Assembly (NCBI GenBank): GCA_013239625.1 | Contig: MU053513.1 | Location: forward strand, 1,476,927-1,540,926 | Direction of reading: 5' to 3' | From: Lama guanicoe | Taxonomy: Eukaryota | DNA length: 64,000 nucleotides | Part shown: positions 50,968 to 63,890 of the stretch, one piece after another | How the letters are laid out: each line of letters opens with the position of its first letter | How positions within the stretch are numbered: position 1 is the stretch's first letter | Notes under the pieces: model-generated | What the model saw: the letters and a program-made list of their open reading frames with translations, nothing else | Databases searched by the model: none | What the model was told of the DNA's origin: nothing | Position numbers and translations under genes: made by a program

Positions 50968-51569
50968 TGCATTTGGCTCTCCCAGGCCTCTGGGCTGTCA
51001 TGGCCTCCGGGTCAATCTTTTCACTCCCCCAGGATGGAGGCACCTGACTCGGAATCCTCCTCTGGATTCCCCCACACTGATGATGCCCTGAGGGACTCAA
51101 ACACCCGCGAGCACAACCTTGGCCTCATGGTTCCTTGCATGTTGTTCCAACAAGCACCCCACCACTGACAGACCCTGACATTGTGTCCCACGAGCCCTGG
51201 ACCCCACTCTACAAGAACAGCCTCCTAGCCGCTCACATCTCACTCCTTCGCCCTTCAGACAGGTGGGCACCGAGGACGGCAGGCACACAGGGCCCGGCAG
51301 GAGCTCGGAGCCCGGGGCCTGCCTGCCCTCCCGTCCCCCACAGGGGCTCACCACCTGCCTTCCACCGCGTTGTGAGCGGCCCTGCCCCTGGCCACTGGAC
51401 GCCTTACCTCTGCCGCCCTCTCCCCTGCTGTCCCCTGCTTCTACCCTCCTTCCCCCCATTTGTCTCTTCCGCTGGTGGTTTTCCCACAAATACTGACCCT
51501 TAGAGAGACACCTCTGCACAGTCAGTCAGCAAAACCCTTACGCCTGCCAAGCGTAAGTGAGTCAATTAC

Positions 51570-52380
51570 TAATTCATTAATTCAGCCAAGATATGATCTC
51601 CTTTGAAGCATTAGATACTGTTCAACCTGCTGGGGATACAGCAGTGATCAGGACGTGTGAGGAAGGAGGGAGACGAGACACAACAAGGAAACAAAAACAA
51701 GGAGTCCCACTGCATTGGGCACCTTGAAGAAAACGGAGGGCCAGGAAGACTGGGCAGTGGGAGGGGAGGCGGAGGCTGCCATTTATGCAAGCGACTCAGA
51801 GGTGAGCTGGGGTGCGATGTGGACAGAAACTGAAGATGGCCAGGGAGTGAGCCATGCCCTTAAGCGGGCAGAGCATTCAGGGAGAGGTGACAGCAGCACA
51901 GAGACCCTGAGGTGGGGGTTTATCTGGAGTGTTTCGGGACAGCCAGGAGACTCCAGGAGCCGAAGCAGAGGGAGCCCCGAGGGGAATGGAGGGAGTGAGA
52001 CCAGGGAAGAAGCACAGAGTGGGGTCGTGCTGGTCACTCTGAGGATTTGCGCTTCTACTCTGGGTCACGTGGGAAGCCACTGGAGGGCTTTGAATAGACT
52101 GGTACCGAAAAGTAACAACCTCACTTGTGTTTTTAAAGGATAATTCTGGCTGCTGTGTGGGCACAGAGGGAAGGCGGGCAAGGGAGCGCCACCTAGGAAG
52201 AATGAATGGATGGCTGTAATATTCAAGAGGAGGTGTTGGTGCCCTGGGCCAGAGTGGTGGGGGCAGAGGTGGTGAGAAGTTGCTGGATTCTGGTTGGTTG
52301 TGGAGGTAGATCCACCAGGATTTGCTGATGGAAGGGATGGGGGACATGAAGGAGAGTCAAGATGACCGGAGTTCATACAC
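51570..52380. mobile_element. LINE-2 fragment
   Basis: 'gggaagccactggagggctttgaa...ttttaaaggataattctggctgctgtgtgg...agaagttgctggattctgg...ggatttgctgatgga' are L2 3' motifs. Similar L2 remnants lie near 3260-3720, 10700-10960, 26750-27200, 39450-39950 and 49760-50290. Confidence 0.75.
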
Positions 52381-52753
52381 ATCATCTTTCATCATCAAGA
52401 TCTGAAGTATGTCTACTGCTGCAGGTGGCTCAGCGACTTGTTCTTGGATCTCAGAGAGCTCTGGTTGAGTGTTTGAGCCAGATGTCTATTTACTCTAGAA
52501 GAACCCATCTGCAGGTAGCTGAGGATTGCTATTGCACAGTCTCTTCTCATGCGCTCAGTTTCTATATTTCCTTCTCAGATACCTTCAGTAACTTTCATAT
52601 TGTTTAAGCAAGCAATGGATTAAGGTCTATGCTTTTCATTAGAATGTATGGCATTTTATTTAACTTCATGATTTTACCTTTATTCCCAGCTCTAAGCAAC
52701 ATGAATGCCTATATGTTTCCAAGCAGAACAGGGATTAAATGAATACAACGTAC

Positions 52754-52860
52754 CACTTCCTCCACGATGGCAGGACCTTTCGGTCTCAGGCGAAGTGTCT
52801 CCCTTCCAGTACCAATGTTTCCTGTTGACGACTTTCCAGCTTTTGATCTTGGCTCTATTT
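52754..52860 (-). CDS. GIPC2: GIPC2 coding exon (107 bp, PDZ-GH2 linker)
   Basis: tgtttctAG|(E)IEPRSKAGKSSTGNIGTGRETLRLRPKGPAIVEEV|GTACGT; joins in frame to the 82-bp exon. Confidence 0.96.
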
Positions 52861-55104
52861 CTAGAAACATACAATGGATAGGGACAGGTACATATATTCA
52901 GAAAGAATTCCAACCAATTGCTATAAAAGCTAATGTAGTTTCCATCACAAATTTTTGTAGTTATTGCAGAGATGTGATAAAAGCTATGCCTTCTGATAGA
53001 ATTGCCCAGGACAAAATAAATCCACCCGTCACCCATTATTCTCATACGAGAGTCTCTACGAGAGGTCTGGCTATGAAAAGAAAAGCGGCTGTGTGAAATG
53101 TATACATAGGAAAGACAATGTTTTAAGGATTAAAGAAAAAACAGTTGGTTTTGTTCTAAGAGTAAATACGTGGCAGGAAAGCGGAGGTAGATGTTCAGCT
53201 GGACTTCATCAAGGTCATGAAGAAGGGAGTCATTTCTTGATAGAAGAGAGGGATGGAGGCATCATTACTTGAGTACCAACGTTTTGCGTGATGCTTTAAA
53301 TCCAAAATCCCATTTAATTCTCGAGTTAACCTATGAGGCAAGTTAGAGCTGCCATTTTCAAGAAAAGGAAATTGAACTGAGTAAGGATCAGAGCTGAGAT
53401 TCAAATCCAGCTCTCGTGATTCCAAAGTCTGTATGTTTTCCTCAATGACACTTCACCACCACACCTTTTGGAAGCACAAGGGATAAATTCAGAGGCAATG
53501 GACCAAAAGAAGCAGGGTCCTCGAGAAGCTGGGAACAGGTCCCAAGGAAGGAGGCCCCCTAGAAGGCAGGAGAGAGCAGAGAGCGGGAGTCCACAGGGAG
53601 CCGCATTCTCCTAAGCTTGTTTCCTACGTGTGTGTTTTATTTTGGTTTTTGTTTCTGCAGTATACCAAGAGTCACCTGCCAATACCAGACGGTCACATAA
53701 ACGAGGGAAAGTGTAGGGTGCGAACTGAGGATAATTCCAAGGAGGGCACCCTATCTAAGCTCCTCCAATAATTACCTGCCCTGTGGGAATGTAGACCCTG
53801 CAAGCCAGATCTTCTATTTGTTCGCAAAGAACACAGATACTCAAGAGTTTTACATGAATCTCCTGAGTTTCAACTTAAGGCAACTAAATCAAAGTTTTAA
53901 AAACAACGTGATGGCAAAGATAAAAGACTTGTGGTCAGATCCAGTCACAGGCCACCAATTCATAACTTCTGCAAACATCTCCCGAGTGTCCTTGACTGAG
54001 GACTCTGTGGCAGCAGTTTGGGGCAAGGATGGAGGTGGGAGAGGGGAGATGCGGCACCAAGACCTGGAGATAACTGAGCTCCCGTGCAGAATCACAGGGC
54101 AGGCTGGTGCGTGAAAGTGTACAGAGCTCTCAAGATGCGGACATCAGCAGACCTGTATGAATGCATCCTTCCTTAGAATCTAGGATAATTCCCGTCTTCA
54201 AGTTCTGCTTCGCTATTGGGAATCTACTCCAAGGGGACTGAGGATTTTTAACCTGCATTTGAGGACAGAATTGCCAAAACAAGCTTTCCTCCAAGAATGA
54301 AATTATTAAAAATTATCATGCTACAAATAGAGCAGTTCCCCTAAGCCTAAACCTCTGGATGGTGGCCAACGGAGCTTATGCTGATCATGATGAGCAGACA
54401 GATGCTCGGGAGACTAGAGCTGCATCAGCAAGTCTGCAGCATTCGCCTTGCCGGTCACACTGCGTCCCATCTGAGGGAAGAACACATTAATAGAAACAAG
54501 ATGCTCACTCAGCACAGAGTTTCCAAAAGAAAATCCAAAGAAAAAGATGAGGTCAGTCTGTCATCAGCACTGTCCAGGATTCTGCCCTGCCCAGCTTAGA
54601 GTCACGTGCAGACCTACAGTGGTCACAAGAGCCTCAGTTTAATGACGCTAACCTTCCAGGTAAACAACCTGACAACTCCCACCCCCGCCCACCACACACA
54701 CCACCCACTGTGATTTCTCCAAGCAGCCTGCTCCCTATAACTTGTCTTCCCGTGTACATTGCCTGCAGGGTGGGAAGCGAACTGCTCAGCCTGGTCCATC
54801 ACCGCGTGTGCATTGCTGATTGCAGAGTAACACACTGGCTCTGTGGCTTAGCAACAAGTCTTTTCTAAGTTTGTTAAGCATGATATAATCCTGGAAAATG
54901 GAACAAGTCCGGATACACTTAACAAAATAAAAAGCTTCTGGGATTTACAAGGCTGAGGACCCAGACGCTGGAACGTGGGAACTTCATGGAGGGGTCGTTG
55001 CCCAGGCTTGAGAAGTTCAGCCAGCCTCCCTAGACGACGCCTCTAGCTTGCCTTGCATTTACCTGCAACACCAGCAGCTAAAAGGGAAAATGTAATGGAG
55101 AATG

Positions 55105-55415
55105 GAAAAGTTTTCCTTTTAACAAGTTTTATTTTTTAAAGCAGTTTTCAGTTCACAGCAAAATTAAGAAGATAGACCTCCTGGAACCTGCATCACGTTC
55201 CCGCTATAGACGCCCCCACCACGGTGGCACACTGGTTACAGCCAACAGGCCTGGACGTCATCATCACCCGAAGTCCACAGTTCACATCAGGGTCCATGCT
55301 CAGTACTGTACATCCTATGGGTTTGGACAAATGAATGACATGGATCCACCATCACAGTAACATACAGAGTAGTTTCCTTGCCCTAAAAAACCTCTGTGCT
55401 CTGCCTATTCGCCTC
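55105..55415 (-). mobile_element. Old L1 (L1MC-like) 3' end
   Basis: 'tttattttttaaagcagttttcagttcacagcaaaatt...catcatcacccgaagtccacagttcacatcaggg...tatgggtttggacaaatg'. Confidence 0.75.
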
Positions 55416-56391
55416 AGATTTTTTTTTTTTCTTTATGTGTTTGTCATCTTCTCTTTGAGAGTGTTATCTCAAAACTAACCACTTGGTGGCATCAAAATAA
55501 AAGTTAAAATTTAAGTTCTGGCTTGGCCTGGCCTCCAGAAAGACAGCTTTTCAGGGCTAAAGGAACAGAAGCCATGTTCCTCTGAGATCCTGTGATTCTG
55601 GGACGTCAACCTTCCGGTTTATACAGGAAAACAGGCAGAAAGGACCTGTTCACCTGCAGGGGTAAAACATTTCACGTTTTTTTTTTGAAGATGGCAAATG
55701 ATTTTGGTCTGGCCTACTTTTTTTAGGGTGCTGGCCTGTCTAAGCGTGTCTAACCAATCAGGCCAAGCTCAGTCAGTCACTGCACTTCTCAAGAATGGAC
55801 ATGCATAAGGCCTCTCTTGGGGCTGAATAATGAGAGGTTTGCAGCTCTGACAGTAGACAGGTAGCCAGACTCGCTAGACTCAGGGCTCCCACTCCTGTGT
55901 CACTTGGGGCACAAGACGCTCACGGCCTGCAGGTGCACAGCTGCTCCCACAGCTGAGTCGGACGTCACCAAGGAGCAGTCACATTTCTTCCCAAACCCTT
56001 TTGTGGCTATTATATTTGTGACTCTAATTGTGTAATTGAATTTAGAAATGTGTGAGCTGATGAAATAAGCGTGAAACAAGGAGTTATTATTGCTAAGAAA
56101 ACTAGGTTAACTGCTTTGGAAAGATTCCATAAGGGCGAGTTGCTGAAAAAAAAAAAATACATGTGGGCAAGATGATGCTAGGAGATTAGGAGAAAAAAAG
56201 TCTTTAAACACCCAGCATTTCACACATCTGGCTTTTAGATATGAAACAGAACCCATAAATATGGATTAAGGTTGTGATTATATAAGACTTCACAGAACTC
56301 TAACTTGTGTCTTCTACTCCAAGAAGAATAAAGAATAGTAAAAGAATGCATATTTATATGCATATTTATATGTTTTAAAATAAAATGTTTA

Positions 56392-56498
56392 GAAGGGAGG
56401 GTATAGCTCAGTGGTAGAGTGCCTGCTTAGCATGCGCAAAGTCCTGGGTTCAATCCCCAGTACCTCCATTAAAAAGAAATAAAAAATAAAAAATGAAA
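56392..56498 (+). mobile_element. tRNA-derived SINE
   Basis: Near-consensus body; TSD core AAATGTTTA. Confidence 0.92.
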
Positions 56499-57404
56499 TG
56501 AAATGTTTATTTACACCCATATCGTTCTTTATGATACCCCATTTTAACTGGCATGTTCAATAAGCAGGCCAAGCCCCAGTCCCGGCTACGTCGTAAAGGG
56601 CAGTGGCGGCTTCACCGGAACGGAGAAGGCAGCAAGCTGTCTGTCTGTCTCCAGCCCCGCCCGGGGCCCTGGGGAAAGAAGGCGGCGGACAGCAGCCCAG
56701 CCTTCAGGAGGAGCCCATGCACCACAGCTGAGACCCCCACCTGACACAGGGTGACAGTGGTGAGGCGGGGTCTCCTGCTCCTGCGCAGAACGAGGCCTGG
56801 TTCTGGTCCCACGAGGGCCCCAGTTGGCCTGGAGTACAAATCACAGTTTAACAACAAGGATTGACTGTGTAGGGAACTCTATTATATTTACAGGGAACTA
56901 TATCCAATCTCTTGTTACAACCTATGATGGAAGAAACCAATCTTTAAATGATCACAGCGGGGCAGAGCTGTGATTTCCATGAGAGGGGAGCTCAGACGGA
57001 CACAGCTGTATCCAACAGCTGGATACCAGAGAACAGGAGATGGACCTTAGGATCCAAGACACTGAGTTAAAATCCCAACTCCTCCATTTGCAAATTGTGA
57101 GAACTTGAGAAATAAGTCCTTATGTGCATAGTAACACCTACAGACGGTGGGTTTGAAGCATTCAAAGGGCTGCCAGGTGAAGGGTGCTTTGCCCAGGGTC
57201 TGACTCAGAGAGCGGCTCTGTGCTGCTGCCGCTGCACCTGCTGGTGCTGATTCGGTCCAGCCTGCTCTTCCCACCGCCTTCCCATCAAAACCCTTTGCAC
57301 CGCTTTTCTCTCTGAGAAACATGCCAAGTCTCTCTTCACAACTCTGTTACCGGATAGGTACTACCAGTCTAATTTTACAATTAAAGTTACACTTGAGGCT
57401 TGGA

Positions 57405-57548
57405 GTTTTATATTTTTGTTTTGTTTTGGGGGGAGTGGTAATTAGGTTTACTTATCTATTTTATGTTTAGAGGAGGTACTGGGAATTGAACCCAGGACCT
57501 TGTGTATGCTAAGCATGCGCTCTACCACTTGAGCTGTATCCTCCCCCC
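57405..57548 (-). mobile_element. tRNA-derived SINE
   Basis: Antisense head and tail. Confidence 0.9.
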
Positions 57549-57599
57549 GCCCCCAGGCTTGGCGTTTTCACCAAGGTCATTGGTAGAACTGGCCCTGAT

Positions 57600-58160
57600 A
57601 CCCCCGAGCCACCACTTGACTTTGTATTCTGTTGATGAGTGTGAGCTGCTATTGGTAACAGACATTAGAAGACATGACTGTCTTCTAATGTCTGCATGTG
57701 GTCATTTGAGGATCATGGTGGTTCAGGGGAAGCTGACTGCTCCCAGTTTCAGGGATGGACACACGTATGGGCCAAGCTAACATCACAGTGATTGTTTCAG
57801 AGGTGGGCATGTAAGCAAAGAGAGTTATGTCAGAAAAAAACTAAGGACTTTGGCTAGAAATTCTGAGGCAAGGACACTCTCCTTTTCTGTTCCATGTGAA
57901 TAAAGAAGCACATGGTCCCAGCTATGGCTGACCACTGTCTTGGGACACCCTAAGATGATACATGAATGATGAAGCTCATGTGTCAGGCAGCGGAGCAGAA
58001 AGGAAGGGCAAGAAACAGGGTCCTGAGCTCATTGCATGGGGCCCTACCCAGAGCTTTGCTAATGCCTGCATCACTCATGGACCACCGTGGATCTTATAAA
58101 GATCCCCTTTTCTGCATAAATCCCCACTGTCTGCAACTGAAAGGCACCTCACAGATACAG
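57600..58160 (+). mobile_element. Old MaLR LTR (MLT1-like)
   Basis: 'cagggatggacacacgtatgggccaa..cagaggtgggcatgt..' and 'tgtctgcaactgaaaggcacctcacagataca' end; a similar remnant lies at ~44420-44910. Confidence 0.5.
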
Positions 58161-58272
58161 AATTGTGTCTGAGCAGTGAAGCAATCCTTCTAAAAAGACC
58201 TTTCAACGCCTGGACATATACAAATGGCACTGTCCATACACAGCTCACGCTCCCTTCCCAACCTCCACCCTC

Positions 58273-58273
<1 letters not shown>

Positions 58274-58303
<30 letters not shown>
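58274..58303. repeat. (CA)n microsatellite
   Basis: Seen directly. Confidence 0.95.
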
Positions 58304-58308
<5 letters not shown>

Positions 58309-59507
58309 TTCTGAATACTTGACATAGAATCTAGCTTTGGCCCAGAATTTAAAATTTTAACTGTACATTCCCTTTTTCTATGTGTCCTCCTCTCCCCAAC
58401 ATTTTTCAGACTTATTTATAGAGTAGCTATGGGGTTGTTTTTGTTTTGATTCAGCTGGTCGGCTGCTGGGGCAGATAAGAAGGAAAAGTAGGTAAGTGGA
58501 TGCCACGTGCACAAGGCATTTATCGGATCAAAAGGGTTGGCAACACGTGACCCAACCGACCCAAAAAAAAAAAAAAAGCCACACACACAAAGTTGTGCTT
58601 AACTGTTCCTTTGACAAGACTGAACAGTGCATGGCAAGTGTTGGACATGAAATAACTATGCCCAAAATCTTATTCTTTAAGTAAGATGTCATTTGAGAAA
58701 ACCTCAGCCGTATTTTCTTAACTCCCTGAAATCACAGGTGAAAGTTACCGTGGTCAAGGGTGGCGACTGAGTCTGTGGAGCTGCCCCAGGAGCCGAAGCT
58801 GTCACGTCCCCTCCACCCCCTCTCCCCACTGCACACAATCGAGGCCATTCGTACCATTAAAAAAAAAAGTTAATGTGCATCTCTGAGATAGTTTAAATCC
58901 AGAGGGGGCTGTGTTACAAAAAATACTATAAACCTCTATAGACACTAAAATAAAGACTTTTTTTTAAAAAAAGGATGGCTAAAACAATTTTACCCTTTAT
59001 ACTTGTTTTATTCCATCACATGATTTTACGGGAATTCAAAAATCAAAAATCGTTCACTATTATTAATGGTTTATTACACACATTTCTTTCCTCTAGCTTT
59101 TAAAAAGGTTACATACAAAAGCACCAATTCTGCCAATTTAAAAAGTTGACACAGTGTAATTTTCTACCGCATTTCTAGCATGGAACCAATTATAATAATA
59201 TTACAGGAAACTTTACAATGAGTATAATCATATAGTTAAAAATTATAAAGCCACTAAAAACAGAGTGATTCAGTTTCTCTACTTCCTAGCCTAGGAATGC
59301 TAGCCTTCTTTTTTTAAATAATTACTTTCTGGTTATAAAAGTTAATATTTTATATCTCAAATGTGAAAAACACAAAAGGCTTAAAGAAATAACTCATTCA
59401 TAAACTGACCACCTAAAGATAACTTTGAACATTTTCAATATATATATACTGCAAGTCATCTTTCTTCTATATTTGAAGATAGTTTTTACAAAAATGGGAC
59501 ATTACTG

Positions 59508-59840
59508 TGAGGCAGGAGGGAAGAGGGCAGGGCACAGCCATTAAAGGAATGACACAGCAATTGAAGATTCTCGACCCCCTGTAGACCTTGAGGCCCAAGA
59601 AGGCAGGAGACCTGACTTCCAGTGGACCTTGAGCTTCATTATATGCTCATTGTGATGCAGTAGCTGCTAAATGACACACCCACAAGCACCAGGACAGGGG
59701 CTGACCGGAAAAGGTCAAAAAGTGGGTGGTGGCCCAGTTCCTGGGAATCTCAGCCCCTTCCCCAGAGTAGTTGGAATAATCCTACTTGTCAGCATATGAA
59801 GTTACTGAGCCCATAAAAACTAACCACCGGCACCCCCCAG

Positions 59841-59886
<46 letters not shown>

Positions 59887-60100
59887 CCTCTCTCCCCCTC
59901 TCGCTGGCCTTCTGAGACGGCCCACACTCTGACTATGGAGTGTGCATCTCTCTAAATAAATCTACTTTTACCCATCTGTGGCCCGCTCTTGAATTCTTTC
60001 CTGAGTGAAGCCAAGGACCCTCACTTGGCCGGGCATGTCCCAGGGTCTCTCCTGGGACCTGGGACACAGTCATCCCCTTTCGCCCCATTTTCCTCTGTCA
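59508..60100 (+). mobile_element. Complete solo ERV1-type LTR (593 bp) with internal (CT)n
   Basis: TG...CA termini; perfect 4-bp TSD ACTG (59504-59507, 60101-60104); TATA-like 'cataaaa' at ~59812; AATAAA at 59955-59960. Confidence 0.88.
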
Positions 60101-60211
60101 ACTGTACATTGTTCTATAATCTGCCTTTTCACTTAACGTATCATTTTTCCACATATACAGGGAATTGTTTATCTGCTTAACTTTTTCTGAAGACACACTC
60201 TGACTACAATT

Positions 60212-60352
60212 CTTTTGTGAGGGGTAATTAGGTTTACTTATTTATTTTTAAATTAAGTTGTTGTTTTTTTTTTAGTGGAGGTACTGGGGATTGAACCCAG
60301 GACCTTGTGCATGCTAAGCCTGTGCTCTATCACTTGAGCTATACTCTCCCCC
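60212..60352 (-). mobile_element. tRNA-derived SINE
   Basis: Antisense; TSD tctgacYacaatt on both sides. Confidence 0.9.
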
Positions 60353-60621
60353 TTCTGACCACAATTTTGAGCATAATTTGTTAGGTCTGTTTTCCTACAA
60401 TTATATGACAACTCCCACTGTACAAATACTCTCTGGTAGAATATATATTATTGGTATAATTGCTATTTTTCTAATAAGGTACACTATCTTCATGCTGTTC
60501 TACCATATTAAGGAAGCCACTTACATTTTAGCATCATTTTTGACCCCTTCATCCTACATTGCTATTTTAATTATTAAGCTTAAAAACAGCTGAAAACTGT
60601 TATCTATGTTCCACTCATGGC

Positions 60622-61013
60622 TGTGAAACAGAGCAGGACCCTGTGGGGCCGTCCCTGGCACAAATTCTGTGTCCGTTTCTTATTTGTAGGAAACAGGCTT
60701 CAGTCAACCTCCTTGACCTTCCCTGAGTTCCAAACGGCAGATTCCAACAGTTGCTGACCAGGGAAGGGAGGGGATACAGAACAAAGGAGGAGCAGTCAAG
60801 AAGCAATAGTGCAGTGATGGGGGCAGGGTCCTGGTTCCTCCTCAAGGAATATACATAACAATTTCTTTGAGTGCTTCTGCAGGAACTAAGGCCCCCACCC
60901 AGGTGAAGGAGGGCAACTTCAGATCCAGCACAAGATCCTTGGAACACTGCCCTGTGACCTCACCACCAACCAGTCAGAAGAAAGTCACACACCCTGCACC
61001 CTCACCCCAAATG
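60622..61013 (+). mobile_element. ERV1-type LTR, apparently 3'-truncated
   Basis: Begins 'tgtgaaacagagcaggaccc'; body resembles laurasiatherian ERV1 LTRs; no AATAAA or CA end found. Confidence 0.65.
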
Positions 61014-62218
61014 TCAGTTATCCAATTTTCCCTTTTATCACAGGCTCCATTGGAGAGAGATCTGGGCTCACATTTGCTTCTTCCAAACCTTCTCTCCTCC
61101 CTCTTTTACCTGAAGAGCATCAACACATCCCCTACCCGATTTGTGCCTTTGCAATACTGCTCAGGCTTGTTTCTTTCCTTCAAATTCCCACTGCTGCTTC
61201 TAATCCCAGCCCTTCTCATTAACTTCTGAACTGCTACAGCGGCCTCTTCCATGTTTCTCCTCTAATCAAATGCAGCCACATTCTTCTTCTGGGCGTAATT
61301 CCCCAAAGTCTGTTTCATCATGTCATTCTTCAGTTCTAAACCTCTTATCCTCTAACACAAGTTCAGGTTCCCCACTAGCTTTCAGAGCTTTTTTTTTTTT
61401 TTGTATCAATTTAATTAGAGAAAGCTCATACGCAACACTGACATTACTAGACTTTTCTGGGTTCCTAGAGGTCACGGAAAACTGCATCTCTATCAGACAA
61501 GCAGATCTCGCTTTCTGAATGGGAGCCAGGAAGCAGGATTTTGCCTCTTCTCAGCTTGCCTTTGCTGAGCTACAACCATTTTCAATAGGAAGCTCCACTC
61601 GTTCTATCTAGTCTTTCCCTCTTTTGTCATGATTCACCCTGATTCCTTTGCTTTATTATCATTATTTTAACGTGATGCTAATTATTCACGACCCTTCATA
61701 TGGCATTTGAGAAGATGACAGCGTTCAAGACATAATTTCTATTGACTTTCCCTATTTGTAAGTACTTCCTGCCCCCTCTGCACTTCCACTGTTTCGCATT
61801 TTTACTTTTCTGGTGCACTTTTGTATTTTTGGTCTGATGTGTAACTTACATGTGTGTGCTTGTTTTGTCTTCTTTCTTTCCCTGAATGCACCATTCTGGT
61901 AACATAGCAAGAGCCATGATTCACCTCTTGTTATCCACACCCTTAGTCTCTTGTTTAGCATAATGTAAGGAGTCAGTGAACATTTACTGAAGTAACTCTT
62001 TACACTACCACAGAATGACATTGCGGAAAAATGCCACTTTTGCTTAGTATCTCTGAATACTTAATGTTACTTGAATGCTACCAAAATTATTGAATGTAGA
62101 GCACAGAGTAAACACCTCTGTGTTGGGTGTGTGTTTTTTGTTTTTAGTGTGGATTATGTTTTTCTCTCTCTAGGATTTAAGAAAGCCCAAAGTGGTTTCC
62201 AGGTATTTTCAACAGAGA

Positions 62219-63890
62219 CTAAACAACCTAACCTACTATCTAAAAGAATTCAAAAAAAAAAAAAAACAAACCTAAAGTCAGCAGAAGGAAGGAAATAAAG
62301 ATCAGAAAGGAAATAAAAGAGATTAATAATAGAAAAAAATCAATAAAGCCAACAGCTGTTTTTGTTTTTTTTTTTTTTTGAAATGATAAGCAAAAGCAAC
62401 AAGAAACTTCTGGCCAGGCTTACCAAGAAGAAAACAGAAAAGAACCAAATAAACAAAATAAGAAATGAAAGAAGAGAAATAATAACCAATACTGAAAAAT
62501 ACAAAACACCGTAAGAGAATACTATGAACAATTATATGCCAACAGACTGGACAACCTAGAAGAAATGGACAAGCTTCTGGAAATGTACAGTCCACCAAAA
62601 CTGAATCAAGCAGAAATAGATAATTTGAGCAGACCAGTAACTGCAAGTGAAATAGAAGCTAATTAAAATAACAACAAGCTTTCTGCAGACAAAGTTCAGA
62701 AGCCCAGGACTAGCCGGCTTCAGTGGGGGATTCTCCAAAAAAGAACTTATACCAGTCCTTCTCAAACTCTTCCAAAAGACTGAAGAGGAGAGAACACTCA
62801 CAGAGTCATTCTCTGAAACCACCATCATTCTGCTCTCAAACCAGACAAAGAACAACCTACAGAAAGGGAGACAATATTCGCAAACAATGTAACCAACAAA
62901 GACTTACTTTCTAAAATATACAAACGGCCCATACAACTCAGTATCAAAGAAAAACACAACCCAGTCAAAAAATGGGCAAAAGTTCTAAATAGACATTTCT
63001 CCAAAGAAGGCATACAGATGGCTAGCAGGCACAAGAAAAGATGCTTAACATCACTAATTATCAGAGAAATGCAAATCAAAACTATAATGACGTATCACCT
63101 CACACCAGTCAGAATGGCCATCATCAAAAAGTCCACAAACAATAAATGCTGGAGAGGGTGTGGAGAAAAGGGAACCCTCCTACACTATTGGTGGGAATGT
63201 AAATTGGTGCAGCCACTATGGAAAACAGTATGGAGGTTCCTTAAAAAAACTGAAAATAGAATTACCGTATGATCCAGCAGTCCCACTCCTGGACATATAT
63301 CCACAGAAAATTCTAATTTGAAAAGACACATGTACCCCAGTGTTCATAGTAGCGGTATTTACAATACCAAGAGATGGAAGCAACCTAAATGTCCATCAAC
63401 AGATAATTTGATAAAGAAGTTGTGGTGTATATATACACACAATAGAATACTACTCAGCCATAAAAAGAGAATGAAACAATGCTATCTGCAGGAACGTGGA
63501 TGGACATAGGGATTATCATACTAAATGAAGTAAGTCAGACAAAGACAACTATCATATGATATCACTTATATGTTGAATCTAAAATATGATACAAATGAAC
63601 TTATTTACAAAACAGAAACTGACTCACAGACATAGAAAACTTAGTTACCAAAGGGGAAAGAGGGTGGGGAGGGATAAATTAGGAATTTGGGATTAGCAGA
63701 CACAAACTACTATATATAAAAACAGATAAACAAGAAGTTTCCTAGCATAGGAAACTATATTCAACATCTTGCAATAACCTATAATGAAAAAGAATGTGAA
63801 AAAGAATACATGTACATGTAACTGAATCACTCTGCTGTACATCAGGAACTAACACTGTAAATCAACTATTCTTTAATTTTTAGGAAAAAA
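62219..63890 (+). mobile_element. L1 fragment with large internal deletion of the RT region
   Basis: Pre-RT ORF2 sequence ([20 protein letters not shown]) runs to ~62850, then post-RT sequence (QPTE..IFAN, REMQIKT, HYWWEC) and 3'UTR. Confidence 0.9.

Noticed and set aside
51537..51557. Hairpin cttacgc-N7-gcgtaag
   Set aside because: A 7-bp stem is expected by chance in 64 kb.
52185..52200. Partial CTCF-like motifs here and near 53550
   Set aside because: Only half of the core matches; the first lies in an L2 remnant.
51097..52385. Overlapping 120-156 aa ORFs on both strands
   Set aside because: GC-rich intronic and L2-derived sequence with few stops by chance; no recognisable protein.
56392..56470. 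tRNA-like sequences with A and B boxes (here and ~10 other sites)
   Set aside because: SINE heads with A-rich tails and TSDs, not tRNA genes.
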